DNA of 63,864 nt, filler included, from Octopus bimaculoides (taxonomy: Eukaryota): NCBI RefSeq assembly GCF_001194135.2. It is 5 parts of 4 records of this genome, joined end to end, with 100 filler letters (N's around TTAATTAATTAA, not from the genome) between each part and the next. Parts side by side here need not be neighbours in the genome. Positions count along the whole stretch, not along the records: positions 1 to 17,626 come from NC_068986.1; positions 17,727 to 44,141 come from NC_068996.1; 3 more parts are not named here. One strand, given 5' to 3'. Shown in pieces: positions 11,361 to 22,800 of the stretch. The notes under the pieces were generated by a model. It saw only the letters and a list, made by a program, of their open reading frames with translations. It made no database searches and was not told the origin of the DNA. The position numbers were made by a program, and so were the translations under genes. Each line of letters begins with the position of its first letter. The first letter of the stretch is position 1.

Positions 11361-12677
11361 CAGGATATAGGATACACCACCCAAAATCTGACATAGAAAG
11401 GCTATATATACAACGCACAGAAGGTGGCAGGNNNNNNNNNNNNNNNNNNNNNNNNNNNNNNNNNNNNNNNNNNNNNNNNNNNNNNNNNNNNNNNNNNNNN
11501 NNNNNNNNNNNNNNNNNNNNNNNNNNNNNNNNNNNNNNNNNNNNNNNNNNNNNNNNNNNNNNNNNNNNNNNNNNNNNNNNNNNNNNNNNNNNNNNNNNNN
11601 NNNNNNNNNNNNNNNNNNNNNNNNNNNNNNNNNNNNNNNNNNNNNNNNNNNNNNNNNNNNNNNNNNNNNNNNNNNNNNNNNNNNNNNNNNNNNNNNNNNN
11701 NNNNNNNNNNNNNNNNNNNNNNNNNNNNNNNNNNNNNNNNNNNNNNNNNNNNNNNNNNNNNNNNNNNNNNNNNNNNNNNNNNNNNNNNNNNNNNNNNNNN
11801 NNNNNNNNNNNNNNNNNNNNNNNNNNNNNNNNNNNNNNNNNNNNNNNNNNNNNNNNNNNNNNNNNNNNNNNNNNNNNNNNNNNNNNNNNNNNNNNNNNNN
11901 NNNNNNNNNNNNNNNNNNNNNNNNNNNNNNNNNNNNNNNNNNNNNNNNNNNNNNNNNNNNNNNNNNNNNNNNNNNNNNNNNNNNNNNNNNNNNNNNNNNN
12001 NNNNNNNNNNNNNNNNNNNNNNNNNNNNNNNNNNNNNNNNNNNNNNNNNNNNNNNNNNNNNNNNNNNNNNNNNNNNNNNNNNNNNNNNNNNNNNNNNNNN
12101 NNNNNNNNNNNNNNNNNNNNNNNNNNNNNNNNNNNNNNNNNNNNNNNNNNNNNNNNNNNNNNNNNNNNNNNNNNNNNNNNNNNNNNNNNNNNNNNNNNNN
12201 NNNNNNNNNNNNNNNNNNNNNNNNNNNNNNNNNNNNNNNNNNNNNNNNNNNNNNNNNNNNNNNNNNNNNNNNNNNNNNNNNNNNNNNNNNNNNNNNNNNN
12301 NNNNNNNNNNNNNNNNNNNNNNNNNNNGCAGATGACAACGTTTCTCTAAAAGAAATGGAAACACTTTCAAAATACAAAGACCTGGAAATAGAGATAACTC
12401 GAATGTGGAATCTAAAAACAGAAACAATTCCTATCATAGTAGGTGCCTTAGGTATAATAAAAAAATATTCAGACAAATACATAACAAAAATACCAGGACT
12501 TACAAATATATATAACATACAGAAAATTGCACTACTGGGTACTGCACACATTCTACGCAAAACACTTTCAATACAGTAAACATGAGAACCACAGCAAACC
12601 ACAGCACATACCCAAGGCGCACAGAGCTGCGCTTGGTAGTGAAGTGAAAGCACGTTATAAAGATAAAACTACTGAAC
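11357..12677 (+). mobile_element. R4/Dong-clade LINE, 5'-truncated, spanning an assembly gap, flanked on both sides by (TAA)n
   Basis: HHPKSDIERLYIQRTEGGR lies before the gap and SKYKDLEIEITRMWNLKTETIPIIVGALG...GTAHILRKTL after it. Confidence 0.85.
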
Positions 12678-12899
12678 AATAATAATAATAATTATGATAA
12701 TAATAATAATAATAACAAACCCATGAGTCAAAACATTGGGTTGAAAAATATATTTCAATGTGAAGTAAAGAGGAAAAATATATTTTAACGACAGGTAGAA
12801 ACTTGGTCTTTACCTCATATTGGAATATATTTTTTACCTCAATCATTTTCGATCTTAAGAATGGATCTGTTAACGTATATACTTCTACCATCAATTATC

Positions 12900-13310
12900 C
12901 TCTACTTTTTACCAGGTGAAGAATCTACCTGCTAAACAAAAACACTCATGTACGGTTCTATCAATGAACCTATAATACTTCATTTGTTCTATAACTTCTT
13001 CAATCCATTAATTCTTTAATCATGGAATTACACAACACTGTCACCTCTCAATATTTACCTATCTACACCGCTTTACATCGATCTCTCCGATGACGAGATA
13101 CTTGGATTATGGGAGTTCCTTAGATATTAACACCAATCAACTTGCTCGGGTATTCCAGAAACAGCCACAAGAGGTTCTGCTTATGTGCCATAACTGTTTT
13201 ATGCTTTATACCTTAGTTGTATCAGGCACAAAAGAATCAGGTATCGCTTCTAGCCGTCTTGGATAGGCAATTTGAAAGCCTCGTTCCCATTCGCACTTCA
13301 ATCTAAGCAC
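12900..13310 (-). mobile_element. Possible decayed LINE ORF1 (L1/Tx1-like) remnant
   Basis: The stop-riddled frame VLRLKCEWERGFQIAYPRRLEAIPDSF is loosely similar in layout to the relic at 26742-27627. The match is weak. Confidence 0.25.
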
Positions 13311-13350
13311 TTATGTACATACCTATTATTATACTTCAATAAACGTATAC

Positions 13351-14600
13351 TATTAGGTCGTTTCACATGAAATGTATTTTAAATGTGTTTCTTATGAGTC
13401 ATCTATAAATGGATTTTTAATGAGTTTCTATGTATATGCTTGTGTTTGCTCTTAACTCATTTCCTTTCTAGACAATACTATTATTCAGAATTGCTACCCA
13501 CAACTGTTATGACAATGTTGACAGCTGAACAATATCGAGTGATTTTCGTGTACGAATACAAGTTGGGTCACTCTGCTACCGAAGCCCTACGGAGCATCAA
13601 CCGGGCTTTTGGTAACGATTCTATTGACATTAGAACTGTTAAGAGATGGTTCCAAAGATTTCGTTCAGGAAATGAAAGCTTTAAAAATTAACCAAAAGGG
13701 AGACTAAAATCGGTTATTCGGCATCATGAATTGAATGCTTTGGTTAAACGAAATCCGAGAACAACGGTCCGACAAATCGGATCAGAACTTCAGACATTTC
13801 CCGCAACTACTTCTCGATACTTGAAAAAAATTGGCAATATCAAAAAGATGGCTAAGTTTGTTATCTATCAACTTAATGAGATTCAAAGAAACGTACGCAT
13901 TACAGTGTGTTCCATGTTGATTTCTCGGTTGGAAAGAGAACCATTTTTGTATCGACTCATTACGTGTGATGAGAAATGGATACTCTTTGATAAGAGTAGG
14001 AGGACAGGACGGTGGTTAAATAAAGGAAAGTCACCAAAACACTACCCAAAACCAGCATTGCACACTGTATGGTTGCCAACAAAGGGGGTTATTCATTATT
14101 CATTTTGGCAACGATAAATAACTGTAACAGCACCATCCTATTTTCAGGAAATTCATTGTATGCATAAAAAATTTAAAAGGATGCAACCCAGATTAGTGAA
14201 TAGAGATGGCCCAATTTTGCTTCATGATAATGCACGGCCTCACACTTCTCAAGCCACGATCCACAAGATGTAAAGCCTGAATTATGAAATGTTGTCACAT
14301 CATCCTTATTCTCCTTATATCTCTCCTACAGATTATTACATATTTAAACACTTCGAGCTTGCTATACACAACAAAACATTCTTTATTAAAAAAGAGGTAA
14401 TTGAAACATTACAACAGTTTATCAATGTAAAATATTACAAATTCTTTGAAGATGGAATATATACCTTAGAGGAACGTTGGAAGAAGGTCATAAATGAGCA
14501 AGGATGATATTTTAATTAAATAAATAAATATTCTAAAACTTTAAAAAACAATTTTAATGTTTCCTTTTTCAAATGCGACATTTCATGAGACGCCATAATA
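13351..14600 (+). mobile_element. Full-length decayed mariner (DD34D) with TIRs
   Basis: Imperfect TA-flanked TIRs (tattaggtcgtttcacatgaaatg / catttcatgagacgccataata). Transposase pieces are FVYEYKLGHSATEA..., TCDEKWI, HDNARPH and YSPYISPTDY. I counted 34 residues between the last two Asp. Confidence 0.92.
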
Positions 14601-14883
14601 TTTGAATCTCCTCTATTTCTCTCTTTGTATTTATGTGTATATATAAATAAATAAATAACTATATATATATAGATATATAAAGTTATGAATTAATGCCAAT
14701 AATCTTTTGATTAATAGGCATAATTATTTACATTATTGCAAAATGAATTTACGTTAGAGGATCTCTGTAGACTTATAATGTTGTATTCGGTGTTCTAACA
14801 AGATATCCATGTTTAGTTGGATAGAAAGATTGCCCGTTGTTTTAATACTGCATCTATCGCGAATAAAAAAGTAAGTATATATG

Positions 14884-15418
14884 TTGTACGAAATAAACCA
14901 GAAGGTGGTATATTTTCGAACGAAGCATTGCTTTACAACAGCAGAGATAATGGGTAAATTACCTTTACAACTCCGAAACAGTTGTCAACAAACAACCATA
15001 GGAGTCGAACCCACATCCTCCAAGACACCGGCTGAGTGCTTTACCAATAAGGTAAACTCCCCGCTGAGAACTCATCCGCCGATTTTAGGTGCTAAATAGG
15101 TAATTGATTAACCACGTGTGTACATAGAAACAAATTTTACATTTGTCTTTATTAGAAACCTTCGAATATGTATTATACGTTACAAACAAGTTTGTTTATA
15201 TATGCACACGTGGCTGTTCAAGGAGTTATTTAGTGTCTAAAATCGGCGAATGGGTTGTTAGCGGGCATTTTAACATAATGATAAAGCACTCAGCCGGTGA
15301 CTTGGCTGTTTGCTGACAACTTTTTCCGCCTTGTAAGGGTAAGTTACACATTTTTTCCGCTCTTCTAACAACAATGTTACGTCCGAAAAAATATCACCTT
15401 GTTTGTATCGTACAATGC
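14884..15418. repeat. ~535-bp imperfect palindrome (foldback/MITE-like); the left arm carries a tRNA-like A/B box head on the minus strand
   Basis: 15020-15098 versus the reverse complement of 15227-15305 shows 14 mismatches in 79 nt. Similarity continues outward to about 14884/15418 and inward to about 15150/15180. Confidence 0.8.
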
Positions 15419-15487
15419 ACATTTGGTGGCTTGTAATAAAACAAATCGAAAGTTTATTTATATATACACACGTAGTATATATATATA

Positions 15488-15533
<46 letters not shown>

Positions 15534-16731
15534 CGTGTGCGTGTGTGTGTGTATCATACATATGATATTTATATGATATACATATCATACATGCATTTAC
15601 ATATTGCCTGCATGCATACATGTAAACCTACATACACACTGTAAATCTCAGTATTTGACATTAAAAAGTTTACATTTGTTACTACAACGTATGAACCGCT
15701 AAAAGTTCATAAATCACACTTAACGTTATAAATATATAATATATTGCGAAATATCAGTTCTTCAGTAGATGTAAGATTAAGATATTTTGTCTAAAAGTTT
15801 ATATAAATTTTATAAATGTAGACATTTGTCTTATGTAACGAGAATTTGTCTACGTGGAAATGAATAAAATGTTGTACATTAATACGAGAAAAGAAACATT
15901 GGACGTACTAAATAATATAGGGATGTAGAAAAGATCATTTCAAATAGAAAAGCGAATGAACCCAAAGAAATAAACCACCGATCAATATGCAAGATGCTAA
16001 ACACTATACCAACAAAAGCAATGAAGAGGTCACCATAAGAAAGTAGCATTTATCAATTCGGTCAACAAACACCACTGTATAGAAGCAGTACCTGATGACC
16101 AGTTGAGTTCAGAATTTAATGTAGATAGCCATACCTTAAATGAAATGAAACAAAAGAGTGTACTACCCATCCTTAACATCTGCTGAATGAATAGTGAAAT
16201 AAATCCAGTACCACCACACACACCTTCTTCCCCATATAACTACCATTCCTTCCTCTATTTTCATCACCTTCTACTCAGCCCCACCAAATCCGCACGGATA
16301 TGGCCACATAACTCGTTTGATCAACCGGATGCCCACAGATACTACGGACTACACTGTAATCATCCGACGAATACAAACTGCGATCTTAAAAGTCATGTGA
16401 CTTGTGAAAACACGCGTAGTGATACATTAAATGTTTATAAATTATATCCTGGGATTATTGTTATTATTATTATAATTATCCTACATTATATCGGTATAAT
16501 TTGAAAACCTGGTTGACTAGTCAGCATCATTAGACGGTAGCCGGCATAATGAAATAAGAGCTGTATTTGCATATATCAACACGTTACTATAAACACATTT
16601 AAAAGATATATATATATATATATAGTATTTTGGAAATTCCTTGATACAGTTATAATATTTGATTTTTTCTCAGAGATAAAATTGAGAAAAGAACACATAT
16701 ATATGTGTGTGTGTGTGTGTGTGGGTGTGTG

Positions 16732-16762
<31 letters not shown>

Positions 16763-17670
16763 NNNNNNNNNNGTGTGTGGGTGTGTGTGTGTGTGTGTGC
16801 GTGCGTGTATGTATGTATATGTATGTATGTATATGTATGTATGTATGTATGCATGTATGTATTAATTTATGTATGATGTATGTATAAGGAGGCATTTCTT
16901 TTAACAAGTAATATAATAACCAGCGAATTGATTATTATTAGTTAGCATTTAGAAACAGAATTAACTGCAGTAATTATTAATGTCAATTTGAATTAGTCTA
17001 GTCTATGTGTTGCGTATGTAGGTGGAATAACATGCTAACCACTGTAATTGTAACGGTATTGTTAAGTGTCCTAGAATAGGGTGCTTTTTTGTTTTTGTAT
17101 ACAGAGATAGCTCCGTACGATGAGTATATTTCATTTTCTTTATAGTTCTAGGGTCCAAATAATTCTAAACAGTCGACGTTCTGGTGTCAATGAAGCACTT
17201 TGCGCTATGGTTAGTGCGAAGAGCTAGAAGTTTGACACGACGTAGGCGATGGATGGAAGATAGTCAAGGCGGGAAAATAGTCCTCACGTCTAAAGGCAGA
17301 AAGAGATGCAAGGCCGTTTGTATGTGTAGTTCTTGAAGTTGGTAACAGACGAAATTGGTTTTTCTATATCAGCAGATGCTTCTAAGGTTTCTATTCTTAG
17401 AAATAGCGTGATGTCTAGTTTGCATGTTGATGCTACTCGGTTGGAACATGGCAATAATGAATGTTAGTACGATCATCTACGTAACATTGGTTTTAATGGA
17501 CATGACTGCAAGTACGCCATTAGAATATGAAAGAGTAACGAAGTAAAATCTGAGTTAAGCGAGTGACGAAAGGAACTCGAACAACACCTACCACGATAGT
17601 GCGATATTATAGTATGATATATATATNNNNNNNNNNNNNNNNNNNNNNNNNNNNNNNNNNNNNNNNNNNN

Positions 17671-17682
17671 TTAATTAATTAA
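17671..17682. other. Artificial scaffold spacer (N44-TTAATTAATTAA-N44); also at 44186, 60413 and 62531
   Basis: The same 12-mer with stops in all frames sits centred in N runs totalling 100 nt, four times. Confidence 0.95.
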
Positions 17683-17802
17683 NNNNNNNNNNNNNNNNNN
17701 NNNNNNNNNNNNNNNNNNNNNNNNNNATATATATGAATAATATATGAGTATATGCATATATATGTACATGTATGTGCATACCTTCATCTACATGTATATA
17801 TA

Positions 17803-18313
17803 GATGCATATCTGGGTACAGGACGTTGCAAAAAAACATGGACAAAATGATAAAAAACACAAAGGTACAAAAAACACACAGGCCACATAGAGAACATATC
17901 CTTCATCAGCTGCCACCATTATAACACTGGCGTTTCGAAGAGTTAGGGTAGGACGCATCGTTCAAATGGCTCTTCCCACGGACACAAATTAAATTTGTTC
18001 CATGGAGGATAGTGGTGGACGGAAAACAAGACAGGAAAACGAAACGGTGAAATAAACAAACAAAACAGGCTATACAGCCAGACGTGGAAAAGTATGTGTA
18101 TATTGAACGCTGTGAAGCTCGAATTAGAAGGACGAAAATGTACGTGCGAGCTTAGGGAGACCAAGAATGAAAAGAATTAGTAACTGGAGACATGTGACCA
18201 GCGAGGGGTAGGGAGAAAGAGTGTTAGAGGGAGAAAAAGGGGAGGAAGTAGAATATAAGTGAGCAACGAGAGAGATAGAGAGAGAGTGACGGGGAGAGGC
18301 GAAGGACGAGTAA

Positions 18314-18315
<2 letters not shown>
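17803..18315 (-). mobile_element. Probable Penelope-like element 3' terminal region
   Basis: Pyrimidine-rich minus strand with hammerhead-like half-motifs (gaagag...ctcttcGAAAcgcc; gCTGATGAagg) ending at a TA-rich tract. The classification is an inference. Confidence 0.4.
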
Positions 18316-18350
<35 letters not shown>

Positions 18351-19556
18351 NNNNNNNNNNNNNNNNNNNNNNNNNNNNNNNNNNNNNNNNNNNNNNNNNN
18401 NNNNNNNNNNNNNNNNNNNNNNNNNNNNNNNNNNNNNNNNNNNNNNNNNNNNNNNNNNNNNNNNNNNNNNNNNNNNNNNNNNNNNNNNNNNNNNNNNNNN
18501 NNNNNNNNNNNNNNNNNNNNNNNNNNNNNNNNNNNNNNNNNNNNNNNNNNNNNNNNNNNNNNNNNNNNNNNNNNNNNNNNNNNNNNNNNNNNNNNNNNNN
18601 NNNNNNNNNNNNNNNNNNNNNNNNNNNNNNNNNNNNNNNNNNNNNNNNNNNNNNNNNNNNNNNNNNNNNNNNNNNNNNNNNNNNNNNNNNNNNNNNNNNN
18701 NNNNNNNNNNNNNNNNNNNNNNNNNNNNNNNNNNNNNNNNNNNNNNNNNNNNNNNNNNNNNNNNNNNNNNNNNNNNNNNNNNNNNNNNNNNNNNNNNNNN
18801 NNNNNNNNNNNNNNNNNNNNNNNNNNNNNNNNNNNNNNNNNNNNNNNNNNNNNNNNNNNNNNNNNNNNNNNNNNNNNNNNNNNNNNNNNNNNNNNNNNNN
18901 NNNNNNNNNNNNNNNNNNNNNNNNNNNNNNNNNNNNNNNNNNNNNNNNNNNNNNNNNNNNNNNNNNNNNNNNNNNNNNNNNNNNNNNNNNNNNNNNNNNN
19001 NNNNNNNNNNNNNNNNNNNNNNNNNNNNNNNNNNNNNNNNNNNNNNNNNNNNNNNNNNNNNNNNNNNNNNNNNNNNNNNNNNNNNNNNNNNNNNNNNNNN
19101 NNNNNNNNNNNNNNNNNNNNNNNNNNNNNNNNNNNNNNNNNNNNNNNNNNNNNNNNNNNNNNNNNNNNNNNNNNNNNNNNNNNNNNNNNAAAAGAACTAA
19201 AGGTAGGAACATTTCCACATTTCCTTTAATCACATGAAAGAAACCGTAACAGTGTGATTAGCACGTATGCTTTGTAACCACGTACTTTCGTGTTCGATTC
19301 CACGATAGGATACATCGAGCGAGTTTCTTCTGCTATAACCCTAGTGCCATGTATTTAAAATTAGGTTGTTGTTGTTGTTGCTGTTGCGGTTGTTGTGGTG
19401 TAGATCCTGGTGAATTTAGTCCGAACAGACTTATAACAACAGCTAACCAAGCCACGACTGTTACAACAGTCTTTCACATTTTGGCTTTTTCTTCTCCAGT
19501 TCTTTCCTCGTGATTCGAACGAGAAAATAGTACGCGATTTCCATATTCTATCTTTG

Positions 19557-19943
19557 TTTTATCTTTTATCTTTTACTTGTTTCAGTTATTAGACAGCGGT
19601 CACGCTGGGACAACGCATTGAAGAATATTTAGTCGAATGAATCGACCCCAGTAGCTATCTTTTTAAAGCCAGGTGCTTATTTTATCGGTATCTTTTTGCC
19701 GAACCGTTAGCTTACGGTGACATAAATATGCCAACACCGGCCGTCGAGCGGCGATGGAGGAAAAAGGCACAAAGACACACACACACACACGACGGGCTTT
19801 TTACAGTTTCCGTCAACCAAATCGACTCACGAGGTTTTGTTCGGCCCGAGGTAGTAGTAGTAGTAGAAGACACTTGCACAAGTTGTCACACAGTGGTTCT
19901 GAATCAGGAACCATGTGGTTATGAAGCAAGCACGTCTGCTACC
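19557..19943 (-). mobile_element. SINE family B (diverged)
   Basis: Contains the reverse complements of aaccacatggtt, the central (TG)n, and ccagc.tg.ccgc.gtc..at.actgaaacaagtaaaagataaaagat. Confidence 0.8.
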
Positions 19944-20901
19944 TTTTCGTACAACGGTTGTTGGTCTCCAACCTTTTCTGTTGCCTTTCACATCCGGAAT
20001 TATGAGGCTACATGGTGAAACTTGTGTTACTATATAAGAACTTTCCCCGCATATTCATTCTAAAACTTGACTAGAGTTTTAATCAAATTAGTCTTGTCTT
20101 CTTTTTCAGGCAATAGGATCTAATTTGAAACACTCTGAATGCAAGTTTCTATAAATAAAAAGCTTTTCAAAGTCATGGCATTTTTACTGTTTTTATGCTA
20201 CTAATCCTTGATTTATAAATGATAATTTTCAGGTAGACGTTTTCTATCTTTGCCGGTGGAAGAAGGCATTATGCGGATATCTATACGTATGTATCTGATA
20301 GAAACATAGTTCAAAATCAAGAGTGAGAATCCTTCCCCACCCCACTCTCTCTCTCCATCCATCCGTCCACCTGTCCATCCATTCGTGCGTCTGTACGTCC
20401 GTCCGTCTGTCCGCCCGTCCGTGCGTCCGTCTGTCCGCCCGTCCGTGCGTCCGTCTGTCTATCACTTTGTATGTTTGTTGGGTACGAAAACAGTATCCAA
20501 CAAGGTGTATTTGATTAATCAGTTTAGGTTTAAGGATAGATGAAATGCGCGTCAGACAGAAATTTCTTGGATGGATTGCCCCAGTATGGTCGTTGTCCAA
20601 TGTCTGAAACTAGAAATAGAATAAAAGATTAAAAGATGAAAATAGCTAAAAGCAGCTGGAACGTGAGACATTTCTCTATATCTTCACTTATTAATTAATG
20701 GTTGTCTCTCAAGTCCGAGACGGATACTTCTGATTTCTTGCCGAACAGCCAACAAACGCGATTTGCTTCTAGTGATCGTTTGTGATGTACATTAGCACAC
20801 TCCATCCATCAACTCGACATTACCTGAACAGGTGCGCAATGTGCCACACGTCAAATGTCGAAGTGGTAATATATGATTTCTAATTAACTATTAGCAACAG
20901 G

Positions 20902-21228
20902 GTGGAGGCGCGGTTTCGATTTCCAGACCGGGCGTTGTGAGTGTTTATTGAGCGAAAACACCTAAAGCTCCAAGGGGATGGTGGCGAACCCTGCTGTACT
21001 CTTCCACCACAACTTTCTCTCACTCTTACTTCCTGTTTCTGTTGTGCCTGTAATTCAAAGGGTCAGCCTTGTCACACCGTGTCACGCTGAATATCTCCGA
21101 GAACTACGTTAAGGGTACACGTGTCTGTGGAGTGCTCAGCCACTTGCACGTTAATTTCACGAGCTGGCTATTCCGTTGATCGGATCAACTGGAACCCTCG
21201 ACGTCGTAAGCGACAGAGTGCCAACGAC
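20902..21228 (+). mobile_element. SINE family A with two internal deletions and an 11-bp TSD
   Basis: TSD attagcaacag at 20890-20900 and 21229-21239. It lacks the A-box segment that the 8168 copy has. Confidence 0.9.
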
Positions 21229-21250
21229 ATTAGCAACAGAATCATTATTA

Positions 21251-21796
21251 ATACCAAAAGGTAATATTTATCTCCACTTAGAAGTGGGTGTTGTGTTAGA
21301 ACACACAATACTGCGATAGTTGCCATAGGAGAACTTCTTGTGTGGTGTTTTGGTGCATATAAGCACTCTTTTTTATATCTTACCAGTGGGAGATAAATCA
21401 TCCACCATCACCACTGCTCAGACTACCAGATCACATGATTTTGGCCTTCCTCGGCATTGTCAGTGGTAGATGCTAAACCGCTGGAAATAGCAGCGACAGT
21501 TCCGCTAATGATATACATAGAAACCCAGTATCTATTCAGGCATGATATCACGAATATCCAATGGGCTTATTAAAAAAAATAATTGATAGTAACATAAGCA
21601 GTGTTGATAGTAAAAGATAATATTTATCTCCACTTAAAAGTGGATATTGTGTTAGAACATGGAATACTGAAGTACTTGCCACGAGAGAATCTCTCATATG
21701 GGCTTTTGGTACATATATGCATTCTTGATTATATTGGTAACTGAAAGAAGTCATCTGCTATCAATGCCAGAGCTACCAGATCATATGATTTCAGCC
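21251..21796. repeat. Two diverged tandem copies of the unclassified repeat (21251-21446, 21611-21796)
   Basis: Parallel minus-strand ORFs read ECLYAPKHH...VLTQHPLLSGDKYYLL and ECIYVPKAH...VLTQYPLLSGDKYYLL. Confidence 0.8.
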
Positions 21797-22599
21797 TTTC
21801 TTGTCAGAGAGACAAAATCACAATTGATCTCTTAGTATCGATTTCACCTCTCTTCTTAGATGAGGAAGTTGAAACCAACATGCAATAAGCGACAACGGAG
21901 TTCATTTACTTGATGTTGCAAAAAAAGATGGCAATAAATTCACATGGAAATTATTGTGAAGGTAGAATAATAGAAATGAAGATAGAATACCCTTAGTGTT
22001 TGACTTATTTTATCGCCACCATTTAACACAACCACATTGTTTTTAGGTGCTTCTTAGAGAAGTTCGCCTTGTTGCAAGTATTCAGGTCATAACTTTCTCT
22101 GTTGCTTCCACCATTGTGCTGCGAACATGGCTAAGAAATTCTTTTGATTCATCTGTCTCTTTACGTAGATGTTGTAGAAGCATTTGTGATGGCGTAGGAT
22201 ATTTAAGTATGCTCATGGCTCCGCAATACATTGAGGCTGTTTCATCTTGCCGTTCCCTGTACTTCCATAATTGTTGATATCGTGAGTTTATGCCATCAAA
22301 TTCATGACTTGAGCACACTAAAAATCTTTAGTGAAGCGTAATGTTACTAAAGTAGGTTGACCTTATAACAAGTTCCATATCCGATGGAATTGTTTACGCT
22401 GTGCTTGATGTTTGGCCTCATACAAGAAAATTCGGTCATAACATTTAGCCATTTATATGTCTATCCTGGTCATGAACTGTGACCTTCTATTCAGAAAGTA
22501 AATCTTCTGCTTTATTATTACAAGGACTACTTGTCAGGCAAGTGATTTCTATTTTAGATCATACTTTGAAACAAAAGTGACTGTAGGCTCAATTTGGAA

Positions 22600-22800
22600 A
22601 GCTATGTGAAGTTGCTGAAGACCAGTCAAACTCTGGCTGGAGAGGGTTGGTGCTTGAAGGCCATATGTATGGCAGCAGGACTCAGTTCCTTGCCATACCT
22701 CAGGAAAGAATCTGAAGTGGTTGCGGGAGAATTTCTACGACTTCATTAGCCCCAATTTCTGACCTAATTCTAACGATTTTAATCCCATGGATTACAATCC
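22600..22800 (+). mobile_element. DD37D/maT transposase fragment
   Basis: Reads KLWLERVGA*RPYVWQQDSVPCHTSGKNLKWLRENFYDFISPNF*PNSNDFNPMDY. Confidence 0.8.

Noticed and set aside
11199-12653. ORFs of 300-480 aa here and at other gaps
   Set aside because: They are open only because of N runs.
16010-16504. ORF 16187..16504 and its upstream frame as a host exon
   Set aside because: No recognisable domain or convincing splice signals.
17627-17726. TTAATTAATTAA islands within N-runs (also 44186, 60413, 62531) as a biological motif or piggyBac TTAA sites
   Set aside because: The identical 44N+12+44N layout with stops in all frames identifies an assembly spacer.
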